From Malacoraja senta (lineage: Eukaryota), in contig JAXLNO010000370.1 in the NCBI GenBank assembly GCA_038087875.1, forward strand, positions 1-36,098: DNA of 36,098 bases, in the 5' to 3' direction. The notes beneath the pieces are model-generated. The model searched no databases, was not told where the DNA came from, and was given only the letters and a program-made list of their open reading frames with translations. Shown here piece by piece: positions 23,240 to 35,202 of the stretch. The position numbers were made by a program, and so were the translations under genes. Position 1 is the stretch's first letter, and each line of letters begins with the position of its first letter.

Positions 23240-23700
23240 GGGCGGCACGGTGGCGTAGCGGTAGTGCTACTGGCTTACAGCGCCAGAGACCCGGGTTCGA
23301 TCCTGACTACTGGTGCTTGTCTGTACGGAGTTTGTACATTCTCCCCGTGACCTGCGTGGGTTTTCTCCGGGTGCTCCAGTTTCATTCCACAGGCCAAAAA
23401 TGTACAGGATTGTAGGTTAACTGGTCTCTGTAAATTGTCCCCAGTACGTAGGATAGAACTACTATAGGATACCGTGTCCACACCAACCAGCGATCCCCGC
23501 ACATTAACAATATCCTACACAAACTAGGGGCAATTTACAATTATAGCAAGCCAAATGGGAGGAAAACGAAGATCAATGAGAAAACCCATGCTGGCCACGG
23601 GAAGAATGTACAAGCAAGAACGTACAGACAAGCACCCGTAGTCAGGATCAAACCCAGGTCTCTGGTGCTGTAAGGCAGTAATTCTAGCGCTGCGCCACCT
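23240..23700. mobile_element. Two V-SINEs fused tail-to-tail (+ then -), forming a long imperfect palindrome
   Basis: + head at 23240, reverse-complement head ending at about 23700, junction near 23470. Confidence 0.75.
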
Positions 23701-24144
23701 TGCTTGTCAAAGTAACTATGAAATTGTTTTCTCAGCTCTCAATTGAAATCACATTCTAAAATTATTCAACCCACGTGCACAGATAATGTTCCCTTATTCA
23801 TCAATCAAGTTATATCCAATTCACGGTAAGGAAATGTGCGATATAACAGCATTTAAAGACACTTATAGATTGCAGTAACATATGTCTTGATAAGTGGCTG
23901 CAAGATGCATGGTTGGTGTCAATTTTAATATCAATAGGGCTGGAAGTCCTCATGTTTACAATAGGCAGCGAGATTACGAAAAGGCACCTAGAGGTCTGGG
24001 ACTTGACAAATCTGCATGGTGCCCGGACTTAGAGCTACAGGTTAGCCACATGTAAAATGGTGAGTTTTTGCTTCAATTAATGTGGTTTTAGTCGTATGCT
24101 TAATGGAAGAAAGTGCCCACTTTACTGCTCTAACTTGAATGGAG

Positions 24145-24650
24145 GAAGTCAAGAGTGTTTGATTGTCATTTGTCCCAAATAGAACAATTACATTTTTACT
24201 TGCAGCAGCAAAACAGGTATGTAAACATAATACTCTTTAAACAATATAATTTTATATAACACATAGTTTATATACTGTATATAAAACACACATACACACA
24301 CATATATGCATCCATATACATATATATCCATATCCATATACAAATATGCATCCGCACACCCGAACATAAACATATATATTTATGTATATATATATATATA
24401 TATACATACATACACACACAGAAAACAAACAAACAAAGAATAATAGTAGAAATAGATAAAATCAATGCCCCCAAGTCTATGTAGTTCAGAGCTTATTTGG
24501 AGGTTGTAGTGTTTAATAGCCTGATTGTTGTAGGGAAGAAGCTGTTTCTGAACCTGGATGTTACAGTTTTCAGGCTCCTATACCTTCTTCTCATTGGCAG
24601 GAGTGAAATGAGTGTGTGGCCAGGGTGATGTGGGTCCCTGATGAGGATGT
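24145..24650 (-). mobile_element. Rex1/Babar-like LINE 3' fragment with (TA/CA)n expansion
   Basis: ORF 24493-24711 contains RDPHHPGHTLISLLP.RRRYRSLKTVTSRFRNSFFPTTIRLLN, a typical Rex1 C-terminus. Microsatellite at about 24270-24420. Confidence 0.75.
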
Positions 24651-24741
24651 CAAAGAACATAAACAGAACACAGAACAGTACAACACAGGGCCCTTTGAAC
24701 CACAATGCCAAGATAAACTAACCTCCTCTGCCTGCACGACA

Positions 24742-25087
24742 GGGACGACAGATGGCGCAATGGGCTAAGTGTTCGACTGGCAACCGGAAGGTAGCCGGTT
24801 CGAATCCCGCTTGGAGTGCATACTGTCGTTGTGTCCTTGGGCAAGACACTTCACCCACCTTTGCCTGCGTGTGAATGTGTGTGAATGTGAGTGATTGGTG
24901 GTGGTCGGAGGGGCCGTAGGCGCAGATTAGCAGCCACGCTTCTGTCAGTCTGCCCCAGGGCAGCTGTGGCTACAGAAGTAGCTCACCACCACCGAGTGTG
25001 ACTGAGGAGTGAATGAATAATGCGATGTCAAGCGCCTTGAGTATTAGAAAGGCGCTATATAAATCCCATCCATCATTATTATCATTA
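24742..25087 (+). mobile_element. Distinct tRNA-derived SINE with CORE-like segment and L2-type tail, nested in a CR1 tail
   Basis: A box tggcgcaatgg, B box ggttcgaatcc (24797-24807), gtgtccttgggcaagacactt, tail aagcgccttgag...gaaaggcgctatataaat...(att)n. Confidence 0.8.
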
Positions 25088-26209
25088 TATCCCTCCATTC
25101 CCTGCATATCCATACGTCTATGTACCAAATGACCATAAAAAGCACTTATGCCTATCTGAAAACCTCGCCAGTGTCACCATCATATCTGCCTCCATCATCA
25201 CCCCTGGCAACGTGTTGCAAGCACCCACTTCATGCAAATCTTGTCTTGCACACATCCTTTATCTTTGACCCCCTCACCTTAAAGCTATGTCCTGTTGTCT
25301 TTGACGTTTCCACCCTAAAGTTCTGACTTTCTACCCTAAGCCTCTCATAATTTAATATAGGGAGATGTAATAACACTCTGTAAAAGCAGCAGTTTTACTG
25401 TAAGAAAAACAGGGGTTACATTTTATGGCCCTCACAATGAGTGGGATGAATGTGATGTGCAATTAACCTATGCCCGTAGTTTATAGTGTAGACAGTACTT
25501 CATGTACCAATTGACCATAAAATGCACAAATCATATTTAGAATGGTTGTAAAAGCCCAAGAAAATCAGCCAGCAATGAATGTTTGAGTAGCTAATGATCA
25601 TTTTAGCTACTGCTATCTTTGGTCTTTCTTGTTGATGCTCTGTTGTACAATTTTAAGAGCTCTTTATGGCTCTAAAGTTGAGCTACAATGTCGTTGTCAT
25701 TGGTGCCAAACCTGCATTGTTTTCCTCCGGGTGCTCCGGTTTCCTCCTACACTCTAAAGACGTGCATGTTTGTAGGTTCATAGACTTCTGTAAATTGTAA
25801 ATTGTCTCTAGGGTGTAGGATAGTGCTAGTGTACAGAGTGATCGATGGTTGGCGTGGACTCGGTGGGCCAAAGGGCCTATTTCTGTGCTGTATCTCTAAA
25901 GGAAAGTCTAATGACTGCAGGGCACTTTGAAAGAAAATGATAGGTATTAGCACAACTAAAATCATGTTTGACAAGCCTGTTGGACAATGTTGACAATGTA
26001 ACCAGCAGACTAGATACTTGATGTGGTTGATCTGAAATCTCAGAAGGCACTAAACAAGATTATCAAATAATATTATAGTACTGGGATTGTATAATCTAGT
26101 GGTATGATTTGTTCATTGGTTAATGGAGTAAAAATTGCAGGGCTGAGATAACTGGGTCATGGTTGTGTTGGGAGGCTATTAATAGTGTATCAGAGGAACA
26201 CAGTCTTGG

Positions 26210-26910
26210 AGACATAGAGATGGAAACAGGCCCTTCGGCCCAACGGGTTTGTGATGGCCATCATCCACCCATTTACCCTAATCCAACACTAATCCCATGT
26301 TTTATTCTACCTACATTCTCATCAAATCCTCCCAGATTCTACCGTTCACCTCCACCAGGGGCAATGTGGAGTGCCAGTCGACCTGCAGTTCTTTGGGACG
26401 TGGGAGGAAACCAGAGAACCTGGAGGAAACCCACGCGGTCACAGGGAGGACATGCAAACTCCGCTCAGACAGCACCCGAGGTCAGGAGTGAACCCGGTTC
26501 TTTGGTTTTGTGAGGCAGCAGTTGTTAGGAGTCCCTGTAAATATACATGTATTTCTACTGAACCAGACATTTAGGAGATGTGAAATGTTTTATTGAATTG
26601 AATTAAAGATAGAGCATGGAAGCAGGCCCTTCATCCCACCCAGTCCACGCCGACCATCGATCACCCATTCATACTAGTTCCACATTATTGCCCTTTCCCA
26701 TCCACTCCCTACACACTAGGGGCAATTTACAGAGGGCCAATTAACCTACAAACCCGCACATCTTTGGGATTTGAGGGGAAACCAGAGCACCCGGAGGAAA
26801 CCCATGCAGTTACAGAGAAAATGCATAAACTCCAGACAGCACTCGAGGTCAGGATCGAACTCGGGTCTCTGGCACTGAGAGGCAGCAGCTCTACCTGCTG
26901 CACTACTGTA
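26210..26910 (-). mobile_element. Two tandem V-SINEs (about 26210-26520 and 26600-26910)
   Basis: Each has the ggaaacaggcccttc-type tail, V-domain and head on the reverse strand. Confidence 0.75.
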
Positions 26911-26930
26911 TCTCCATGAGTTTAGTTTAA

Positions 26931-27225
26931 GGGCCTGTCCCACTGTACGAGGTAATTCAAGAGTTTAAAAAAAAATCAAACTCATGGTAAGTACGTAGAA
27001 TGTACGTAGCGGCTACGTCGGAGCTCGTGGATGTCTCGTAGTGGCTTGTAATGCTAACAGCAGGTACTCGGGAAACGCGGTAACTCGTGAAGTTTTTTCA
27101 GCACTGTGAAAAATGTCCACGAGAGCCCCGAGTACCTTCGAAAGGCTATTACCGTAATTCTCCGAGTTCGAATCAGGGGAAACTCGGGAGAACTCTTGAA
27201 TTACCTCGTACAGTGGGACAGGCCC
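26931..27225. mobile_element. Non-autonomous DNA transposon (MITE), copy 2, inserted in a SINE (GTTTA)n tail
   Basis: Perfect 35-bp TIR gggcctgtcccactgtacgaggtaattcaagagtt. TTAA on both flanks (26927-26930 and 27226-27229). Confidence 0.9.
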
Positions 27226-27654
27226 TTAAGTTTAGTTTAGAAACTAGCTCTTTGACCCTCCGAGTCTGCGCCAACCAGCGATCCTCGCACATTAACACTA
27301 CCCTACACACACTAGGGACAATTTTACGTTCATACCAAACCAATGAACTAACTCAGGATAGAACCCGGGTCTCTGGTGCTTTAAGGCAGCAACTCTACCG
27401 CTGCACCACCATGGCGCAGTGTTAATCATGGTTTAAATAAACAAACAAGCTCATTGCTCTACAAAGTGAGAGCAGAGAGCAAACTGGAGGAACTCAACAG
27501 GCCAGGTAGCAACTGTGGAGGGAATGGACAGACAAGGTTTCAGGTCGGGAACCTTCTTCAGTATGTCCTCCATCACTTGCTAGGAACTCATTGCAACCTG
27601 TATCTTTTTGGATCAGATTTGTATAAATTAAAGATTTATTTTACACAAAATATA

Positions 27655-27885
27655 TGGTGAATCTGTGGAATTCTTTGCCACTGAATGCTGTGGTGGCCAA
27701 GTCAATGGATATTTTTAAGGCAGAGATTGATATATTCTTGATCAGCATAGGTGTCAAGGGTTATGGGGATAAGGCAGGAGAATGGGGTTGAGAGGGAGAG
27801 ATAGATCAACGATGATTGAATGGCAGAGTAGGCTTGATGGGCCGAATGACCTAAATCTCCTCCTATCTCTTATGACCTTATGAAA
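27655..27885 (+). mobile_element. CR1 LINE 3' fragment
   Basis: gtgaatctgtggaattctttgcc and tail, similar to 12705-12925. Confidence 0.75.
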
Positions 27886-28574
27886 ATTAAAAGACTGATG
27901 CATTAATTATTTCCTGGAATTTAATTTCAGACATTGTCTCCATAAAGGCAGTCTAGTGCATTGCATCACTTACAAACTGCAGATTCCCAATTTACTGGAA
28001 TAGGCATCAGTTGAGCCCTGTCTGGTAATCAGATGCTGGACTTATCTAGAGCATAGTAGAAATCTGTGAACATTTACTGATTGGTAAAATCAACTGAATG
28101 TCACCTCCAATCACTTCAAACCATTTTTAATTACGCTTTGGCGGGTTAGATTAAAGAAAATTCCAAGGCTTTTTATACGTACAGAACAGAAGATGGCCAG
28201 AACCTTTTGGAAATATCAAATAGTAGAGGGTATATCTTTAAGTCGATGTTTAAAAGAAATGTGCGGGGCAAGTTAACTGTAACGTCCAGGTTCGGGAACA
28301 GCTTCTTCACTGCAGTCATCAGGCAATACACTACAACCTCCAAATAAGCTCTGAACCACATAGACTTGGGGACATTGGTTTTGTAATTTGACACTATTTT
28401 TGTTTGCTTGTTTTATGTCTGTGTATGTATGTATGTATGTATGTATATATGTACACACACTTATATATAAAGGGACAATTTACAGAAGCCAATTAACCTA
28501 CAAACGGGTATGTCTTTGGAGTGTGGGAGGAAACCGGAGCACCCGGAGAAAACCCACGCGGTCAAAGGGGGACG

Positions 28575-30605
28575 TCCACCATGGCACCCATTCTGACTGG
28601 AGGTTTGTGATCAGTGCAGTTCTGCAGTAATCACTGCAGTGCTGCAGGGATCTTTGCCGGGACCTCTGTTATTTGTTATAAATGCATAAAAATGACTTGT
28701 GGGTGTGGATGGGTTGGTTAGTAATTTTGCAGCCGACATCAATATTGTTAGAGAAAGACGGTCAAAGCATACAGTGGGATATCAATGGGCGGAGAAATGG
28801 CTGATGTAGTTCAGTCCGAGAACGTATCAGGTGTTGCACTTTGGGAGGTTGAATATAAGGGGAAATATAGGGTTCATGGTAAGAGACGTAATAGCATTGA
28901 TGTACAGAGGTTATCTTGCCCAAGTCTATAACTCCTTGAAAGTGGTAACACGTGGAAACAGTGGGAAAGAAGGCATTTGGTGCCTGCCTTCATTGGTCCT
29001 GGCATTCAGTATACTGTAAGAGTCAGGCAGTCATGTTGCAGCTTTATAGGGCCTTGTTTTGGCCACATTTGGAGTATTGTGTGCAATTCCGGTTGCCCTA
29101 ATACAGGAAAGATATGCAAGCTTTGCAGTGATGCAGAATAGGTTCACTGGGATGTCACCTGGATTACAGGGCAGTAGCTACGAGTAGAGGCTGGCAAACT
29201 TGGATTGATTTCTCCAGAACGCCAGATTGAAGCGAGACCTGATGTAAAGATGGGATAGACAGTCAAATCCTTTTTCCCAAGGTGGAAATGTCAAAAAGAC
29301 TACAGGGCATAACTTTAAGGTGAGAGGTACAAAGTTTAAAGGAAATGTGCAGGACAAATGTTCCTACACAGAGGGTGGTGAGTGCCTGGATCGAGCTGCT
29401 AGGGGTGGTGATGGAGGTAATAATAATAATGATAAATTTTATTTATGGGCGCCTATACAAAAGTCTCAAGGACATCTTACAAAATTTAACAAAGAAACAT
29501 ATAATCAGAGTAAAATAAGTTATAAAGACATCACCAATACACAAATTAAAGACAGAAATTCGATCCAAAAAACAAAACAAAAAATTTCAGGAACACAATG
29601 TGAAGAGAGAGCAGCGGCAGCTAAACCGTGCCAGCGTCCACTCTCGCTTCCGACCGCCATCTTGGACACAGACTAACATAGACTGTACACACAAAAATCA
29701 TCCACCCACAATGGTTACCACTGTGGGGGAAGGCACAATGTCCAGTCCCCAACCCCTGTTCTCCCCAAAGTCAGGCCTATTGAGGCCTCCGCTATTGCCT
29801 CTATGGAGGCCCGATGTTCCTGGCCGTTCTCACCGGGTGCTGTTGCCCCGGCGTCGGGAGAGTCCTTTCAGCGGCTGGGCCACCTGGAACGGCCGCATTC
29901 CTTACCGGAGGCCGCGGCTTCCGAAGCCGACAAGGCCGCGCCGGTTTGGAGCTCCCAGGCTCCCGATGTTAAAGTCGGCGCCGCCCGCTCCGCTCCGCAG
30001 ACCCGCAGCCGGCTCGGTGTTAAGCTCGGCGGTCACAGCTCACCGGAACTCCAGCGCGTCGATCCAGCGCGGCGACCCAGGCAAGGCATCGCCCGCTCCG
30101 CTCCGCGATAGCGCTCCAGCGTTGTGCCGCTACCGAAGCCGAGGTGCTGGGCGGTCCCCGTCAGGAAACGGCGCTCCATGCCCGCTGGTAGGTCACGAGG
30201 ACGGGTCGACGGGGCAGCCCGGAGAAAAAGCTGCCTCACCGACCAGGTAGGGACCTAGAATATAGTTACCCACATTCACCCTACATTCAAAAAGTAGATT
30301 ACTCCAACGGACGAGACACTGAAACTATTTTTAAAAAGTGAATTAAACGAACGGCTGCTGCTTAGCAGCCGTTCCCCAACATGGCTCCTCCTCCACCAGG
30401 TAGACACAATAGTAGCATTTAAGAGACTTTTGGATAGGCACATGGAGGCAGATATGGTATGGGTATTTTAGAGGCTTTTAGATAGGCACATGGATATGCA
30501 GGAAATGTAAGGATATAGATCAAGTGCTGGCAGAGGCAATAAGTTTAACTTTAACATTGTGGGCCGAAGGGCCCGTTCCTGTGCTGCACTGCTCCATGTT
30601 GTATG
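28575..30605 (+). mobile_element. Old CR1 LINE RT/3' region interrupted at 29420-30397
   Basis: Degenerate QGSxLGPLLF, FAxD, VLHFGRLN and PHLEYCVQF motifs with many disablements. The CR1 3' end resumes at 30398. Confidence 0.78.
29420..30397 (-). mobile_element. 978-bp CpG-rich non-autonomous retroelement with L2-type tail
   Basis: AGGTA direct repeats at 29415-29419 and 30398-30402. The - strand 3' end reads tgtaagatgtccttgag...aggcgcccataaataaaat(tta)n. Confidence 0.7.
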
Positions 30606-31094
30606 ATGTGATTGCTGGACACTTTTACAGTTTGGGTTTGTTAACGAGGTAGTCAGCGAACATCTTGGATTTGATCGCCAATGGAATGTACTAGCGCACA
30701 ACTGCTGTCAACTGGTCTGTAAAAAAAGGAATAAAACTGTTCTTATTGCTTCAAGGTTATTGGTTGAATATCAGATGAAATATCAAATACCTTACAGAAC
30801 GCAATGTTCCTCTACTCCTCCCTGAGTCTACAATGCACCAGGTTAAGGTTGACAAAGCAGTCTCCCGACGACTGTTACCAAAAACGGAGAAAAGTTGAAC
30901 TATTTTAGCGTCCCCAATAATTCCACCTCGGAGCAAAACAATGAGATTCAGGCAGCAACACAGCATTAAGCAAAGTAGGGCTTGCTAGGATTCATATTAC
31001 AGAATGGATAATCAATCAAACTTGAGTATAGATTCGACCATAACAATAATTTAGTTTCATCATTCAAAATCAAAAATTGGCCAAATCCTCTGTG

Positions 31095-31710
31095 TTTAGT
31101 TTTAGAGATACAGCATGGAAACAGGCCCTTCGGCCCACCGAGTCCTTAACAGCATTGAATGTCCATTGTATCCTAACTCCTTGAAACTGGCAACATAAGT
31201 AGAAAGAGGTGTAAAGAAGGCATATGGTATGCCTGCCATTCCATCACCCGTACACACTAGTTCTATGTTGACCCACTTTCTCATCCGCTCCCTTCTTCCT
31301 CATGTCCGGCCATCTTCTATATCACGTCTTTCTGGTCAGTCAGTGACTGTTGACGGTCGGTGGTTGCAGAATTGGCTACTTCAGTCAGTCACTGTGGTAC
31401 AGTTTCTGTCGTCAGCTTTGCAAGGGATGCGCCACGTGGAGGCTTCTGCTTGCATCCCATCCGCTCCCTACATACTAGGGACAATTTACAGAGACCAAGT
31501 AACCTACAAACCTGCACGTCTTTGGGATGTGGGAGGGACGGCAACTTCCCAATGATGTGCAGGTTTGGAAGTTAATTGGCTTCTATAAATTGTCCTTATT
31601 GGGTACGATAGAACTAGTGTACGGGGATCGCTGGTCGGCGTGGGACTCGGTGGGCCGAAGGGGCCTGTTTCCATGCTGTATCTTTAAACTAAACTCAATT
31701 CTAAACTAAA
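31095..31710. mobile_element. Composite V-SINE locus: - strand copy with two insertions joined to a + strand 3' half
   Basis: SINE tails at both ends in opposite orientation. CR1 fragment at about 31147-31237 and an unknown insert at 31294-31457. Confidence 0.7.
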
Positions 31711-31848
31711 ATCGAACAGGTAATAATTTATGAGAGTTAAGTATGGGAACTTTTCTAACTAATTAATCTCATCACCCAAATGCCAAGTGTTCTGGAAATC
31801 ATTCTTACCTTTCCACTGTGGGTCAGCCAGTGATCTTATAGGCACTTA

Positions 31849-32018
31849 GACAATAGGTGCAGAAGTAGGCCATTCGGCCCTTCGAGCCAGCACCGCCATT
31901 CAATGTGATCATGGCTGATCATCCCCAATCAGTACACCGTTCCTGCCTTCTCCCCATATCCCCTGACTCCGCTATCTTTAAGAGCCCTATCTAGCTCTCT
32001 CTTGATAGTATCCAGAGA
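31849..32018 (-). mobile_element. CR1 3' end, same young subfamily as 748-1442
   Basis: Near-identical to about 767-937, with only a handful of substitutions. Confidence 0.85.
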
Positions 32019-32239
32019 ATTTCACTTTCGCAAGTGAAAGGTGAAATTGTGCTTTGTGGGTGAGATTGGAGTGGGGGAATTGTTTGTGTTTTGTTTACAT
32101 TCGTACTTTGTCAGTGTCAGCATTCAGAGAAGCCCACTGTTCCCAAGAACAATCCTTGAGACTGATGCACCGCGATGTCTCGACAGAGCTATTATTGAGT
32201 TTAACTTTGGTAGGCAATCCCATGGTCAACAATGGCTCA

Positions 32240-32402
32240 GTTACTGGAGTAACTCAGCAGGACAGGCAGCATGTCTGGAGAGAAGTAATGGGTAACATTT
32301 CAGGTTAAGGCCCTTCTTCTCGACCCGAAACGTCACCCATTCCTTCTATTCGTAGATGCTGCCAGTCCCGCTGAGTTACTTCAGCATTTTGTGTCTATCT
32401 TC
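32240..32402. mobile_element. Penelope-like fold-back repeat
   Basis: Inverted arms gagtaactcagcaggacaggcagcat / atgctgccagtcccgctgagttact, with gacccgaaacgtcacc. Confidence 0.6.
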
Positions 32403-32706
32403 ACCCATAATGTTGATCGTACCCGGGTCTCTGGTACTGTAATGTAGCAACTCCACAGGTGTGCCACTGTGCCGCCCTGTCAGTGTGAAGAATGCAATTG
32501 GTAGCCTTGATGGTCCCATTCTCTCCTTTCAGATGCATATAAGTTCAGGGCCATTGTTGGGTTTTTATCGATTCTATCAACACTTAACTAAAAGGCAGGG
32601 AAGGGAAAAGGATGTTAAAAACATTTGGATTTTTGAAGACCATTGTAAAAAAATAATATCTCTTACATCATGATGAAAATTACAATTAATTCAAGTCAAA
32701 AGTCAA

Positions 32707-33245
32707 GGGTGGCACTGTGGCGCAGCGGGTAGAGCTCCTCACAGCACCAGAGACCTGGTCTACATCCTGATCCCTGATGCTGTCTATGTGGAGTTTGCAC
32801 GTTCCGCCTGTGACCGTGCGGGTTTTCTCCAGTTGCTCCGGTTTCCTCACACACTTCTAAAGACGTACAGATTTGTAGGTTAATTGGCTTTGGTAAAAAA
32901 AAAAAAGAGCACCCTGAGGAAACTCAAGCAGTCACAGGAAGAACATACAAACTCCACACGGACAATATCTAAGAGTTTAAGAAAGAACTATTGACGCTGG
33001 AAAAATCGAAGGAAGATAAAAATGTGGAGAAACTGTCTGAAGAAGTGTCTGGAGAAGGGACTCGACCCGAAATGTCACCTCTCCATAGATGCTGACCTCA
33101 CCCACTGAGTTTCTCCAGCATTTTTGTCTACCTTCGGACTAAAGGTAACTTTACCTTCGGACCTTCGGTACCTAAGGTCGGGATCGAACCCAGGACCCTG
33201 GCACTGTGAGGCAGCAACTCTACCCACTGTACCACTGTGCCACTC
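32707..33245. mobile_element. Rearranged V-SINE pieces with a nested Penelope-like fold-back (about 32975-33137)
   Basis: + SINE head and V-domain, reverse fragments, and ctggaaaaatcgaagg / ccttcg inverted ends. Confidence 0.6.
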
Positions 33246-33734
33246 TGAGGTAAGGAACAGGACCTGCCCTAGATTTACAGTACAATTAATTTGTCAGAAA
33301 AAGCTAATTCTATATATCAGAATTGCCTGCGGAGTTTGCTTCAGATTAGTTTGCTTGGAGAGCACTTTGGTGAACGCCACTACTATTTTTTCATATGAAG
33401 AACTTTTAATCAAAACCTTAGAGAATGCGCCGGGCACAAAAAATGTTAGGTATTTAAAAATCATTTAAAAAAAAGTCCTTTGATGGTGTTTTCAATGTTT
33501 TAAAAAGTGGGGTGGGTTAAAATGGGAAATGGGCAGAAAGGTTTTACACAACTGCGTGACTTAATAGATTCGAGATCAAGTGAGGAAATTCCCAGAAGGA
33601 AATGCAAGCAAGCTCTGTGACTCAACATGGGAAGTTTCTACCTGTCTGAGTTCCAATACAAAACCCTTTACTTTTCCCTCACTTTTGTACTATTATGATC
33701 GTTCCTCTTTAAGGCTGCAATATTACATGGACGA

Positions 33735-34310
33735 AGGCACAAAGTGCTGGAGTAACTCAGCGGGTCAGGCAATAACTCAGAAGAACATGGATAGGTCACG
33801 TTTCAGGGTGGGTCTCTTCTTCAGACTGATTCATGTAGTTGTCTGAAATCAATGATGTAACCCTCCCCCTCCCCCTTCTCCCTACATCCCCTCCCTTTCA
33901 CCCCCTTCCCCTGTGCCCCACCTGAACTTGCACCTATTTCTCCCCTCCCCCTCCCTTTTCACCTACATTCCTTCCTCTAGCTTCACAATTCACAACTCTT
34001 CAATCCTTTTGTCTCACACCTTCTCGCTTTTCATCTCTGTCCAACTGTCTGCCTTTCAAAAACGCTCCTCACCTGTGTCAACCTATTCACTGCCATGCTT
34101 TGTCCTGCCTCTCCTCTCTCCCAGCTTTCGTTCTGGTGTTCTGGTTTCCTCCCACATCGGTAAAGATGTGCAGGTTTGTAGGTTAATTGGCCTCTATAAA
34201 AAATCCCCTGGTGTGTAGGGAGTGGATGCGAAAGTGGGATAACATAGAACTAGTGCGAACAGATGATCAACGGTTAGCATGAACTTGGTGGGCCGAAGGG
34301 CCTGTTTCAA
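33735..34310. mobile_element. Penelope-like fragments followed by the 3' half of a V-SINE
   Basis: cacaaagtgctggagtaactcagcgggtcaggc, a C/T-rich body like 11215-11390, then V-domain and tail. Confidence 0.55.
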
Positions 34311-35202
34311 TCTATCATAACAGCGGGTAGTATAATAACGTTGAACAATTTCGGTGCTCAGTAATTGAGGTATTCAAGGAGCAAGGACATTCCCTTGCAG
34401 TAGAACATCCCACACTGGGAAGAGTTCACCTTAGGACTAGTATACTTCAGTTGGCAAAAGCCATCATTATTTTCAAAATACACTGCCGTTACTTTACAGA
34501 GACTGGGATAAGATGGAAAGTGACCCCAATCCTTGTTCCTCTCGGAACATTGAATAGCACTGCCCAATTGTACGCACATGTGAATGAGTACAATACAGCG
34601 ACAAACGAGAATGTTTTAAAACCAAATAAAGTAGAAGTTTAATGGAGATGTGTAGAGCAAGTTTTTATTACACTTGGTGGTGGGTGGCTGGAACACATTG
34701 CCAGGGGTGGTGGTGGAGGCAGATACGATAGGGGCATTTAAGGGGCTTTTAGAAAGGCACATGGATATGCAGGGAATGGAGGGATATGGATCATTACAGG
34801 CAGATGAGATCAATAGATAATGGACAATAGACAATAGGTGCAGGAGTAGGCCATTCGGTCCTTCGAGCCAGCACCGTCATTCACTGTGATTATGGCTGAT
34901 CATCCACAATCAGTACCCTGTTCGTGCCTTCTCCCCATATCCCATGACTCCGCTATCTTTAAGAGCTCTATCTAACTCTCTCTTGAAAGCATCCAGAGAA
35001 TTGGCCTCCACTGCCATCTGAGGCAGAAATTCCACAGATTCACAATTGTGGATCAGATCCACAGATCAGTTTAACTTGGCATCATGTGCAGCACAAATAT
35101 CGTGCCGTACTGTCATAGAGTCATCGAGAGTCATAGAGTGATACAGTGTGGAAACAGGCCATTCGACCCAACTTCCCACACCGGTCAACATGTCCCAGCT
35201 AC

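Noticed and set aside
24742..24815. tRNA gene
   Set aside because: A and B boxes are present but there is no clean acceptor stem, and it continues into a SINE body and tail. The same applies to the V-SINE heads.
29600..30250. 216-aa Pro/Arg-rich ORF as a protein-coding gene
   Set aside because: It lies within a GC-rich TE insertion, antisense to the element's tail, has no recognisable domain, and overlapping frames are also open, as expected from GC content.
32115..32209. Possible non-coding or cryptic exon (pyrimidine tract, AG, then GTAGGC) and nearby GAAAGTGAAA motif on the - strand
   Set aside because: Such signals are frequent by chance, and there is no coding similarity or expression evidence.
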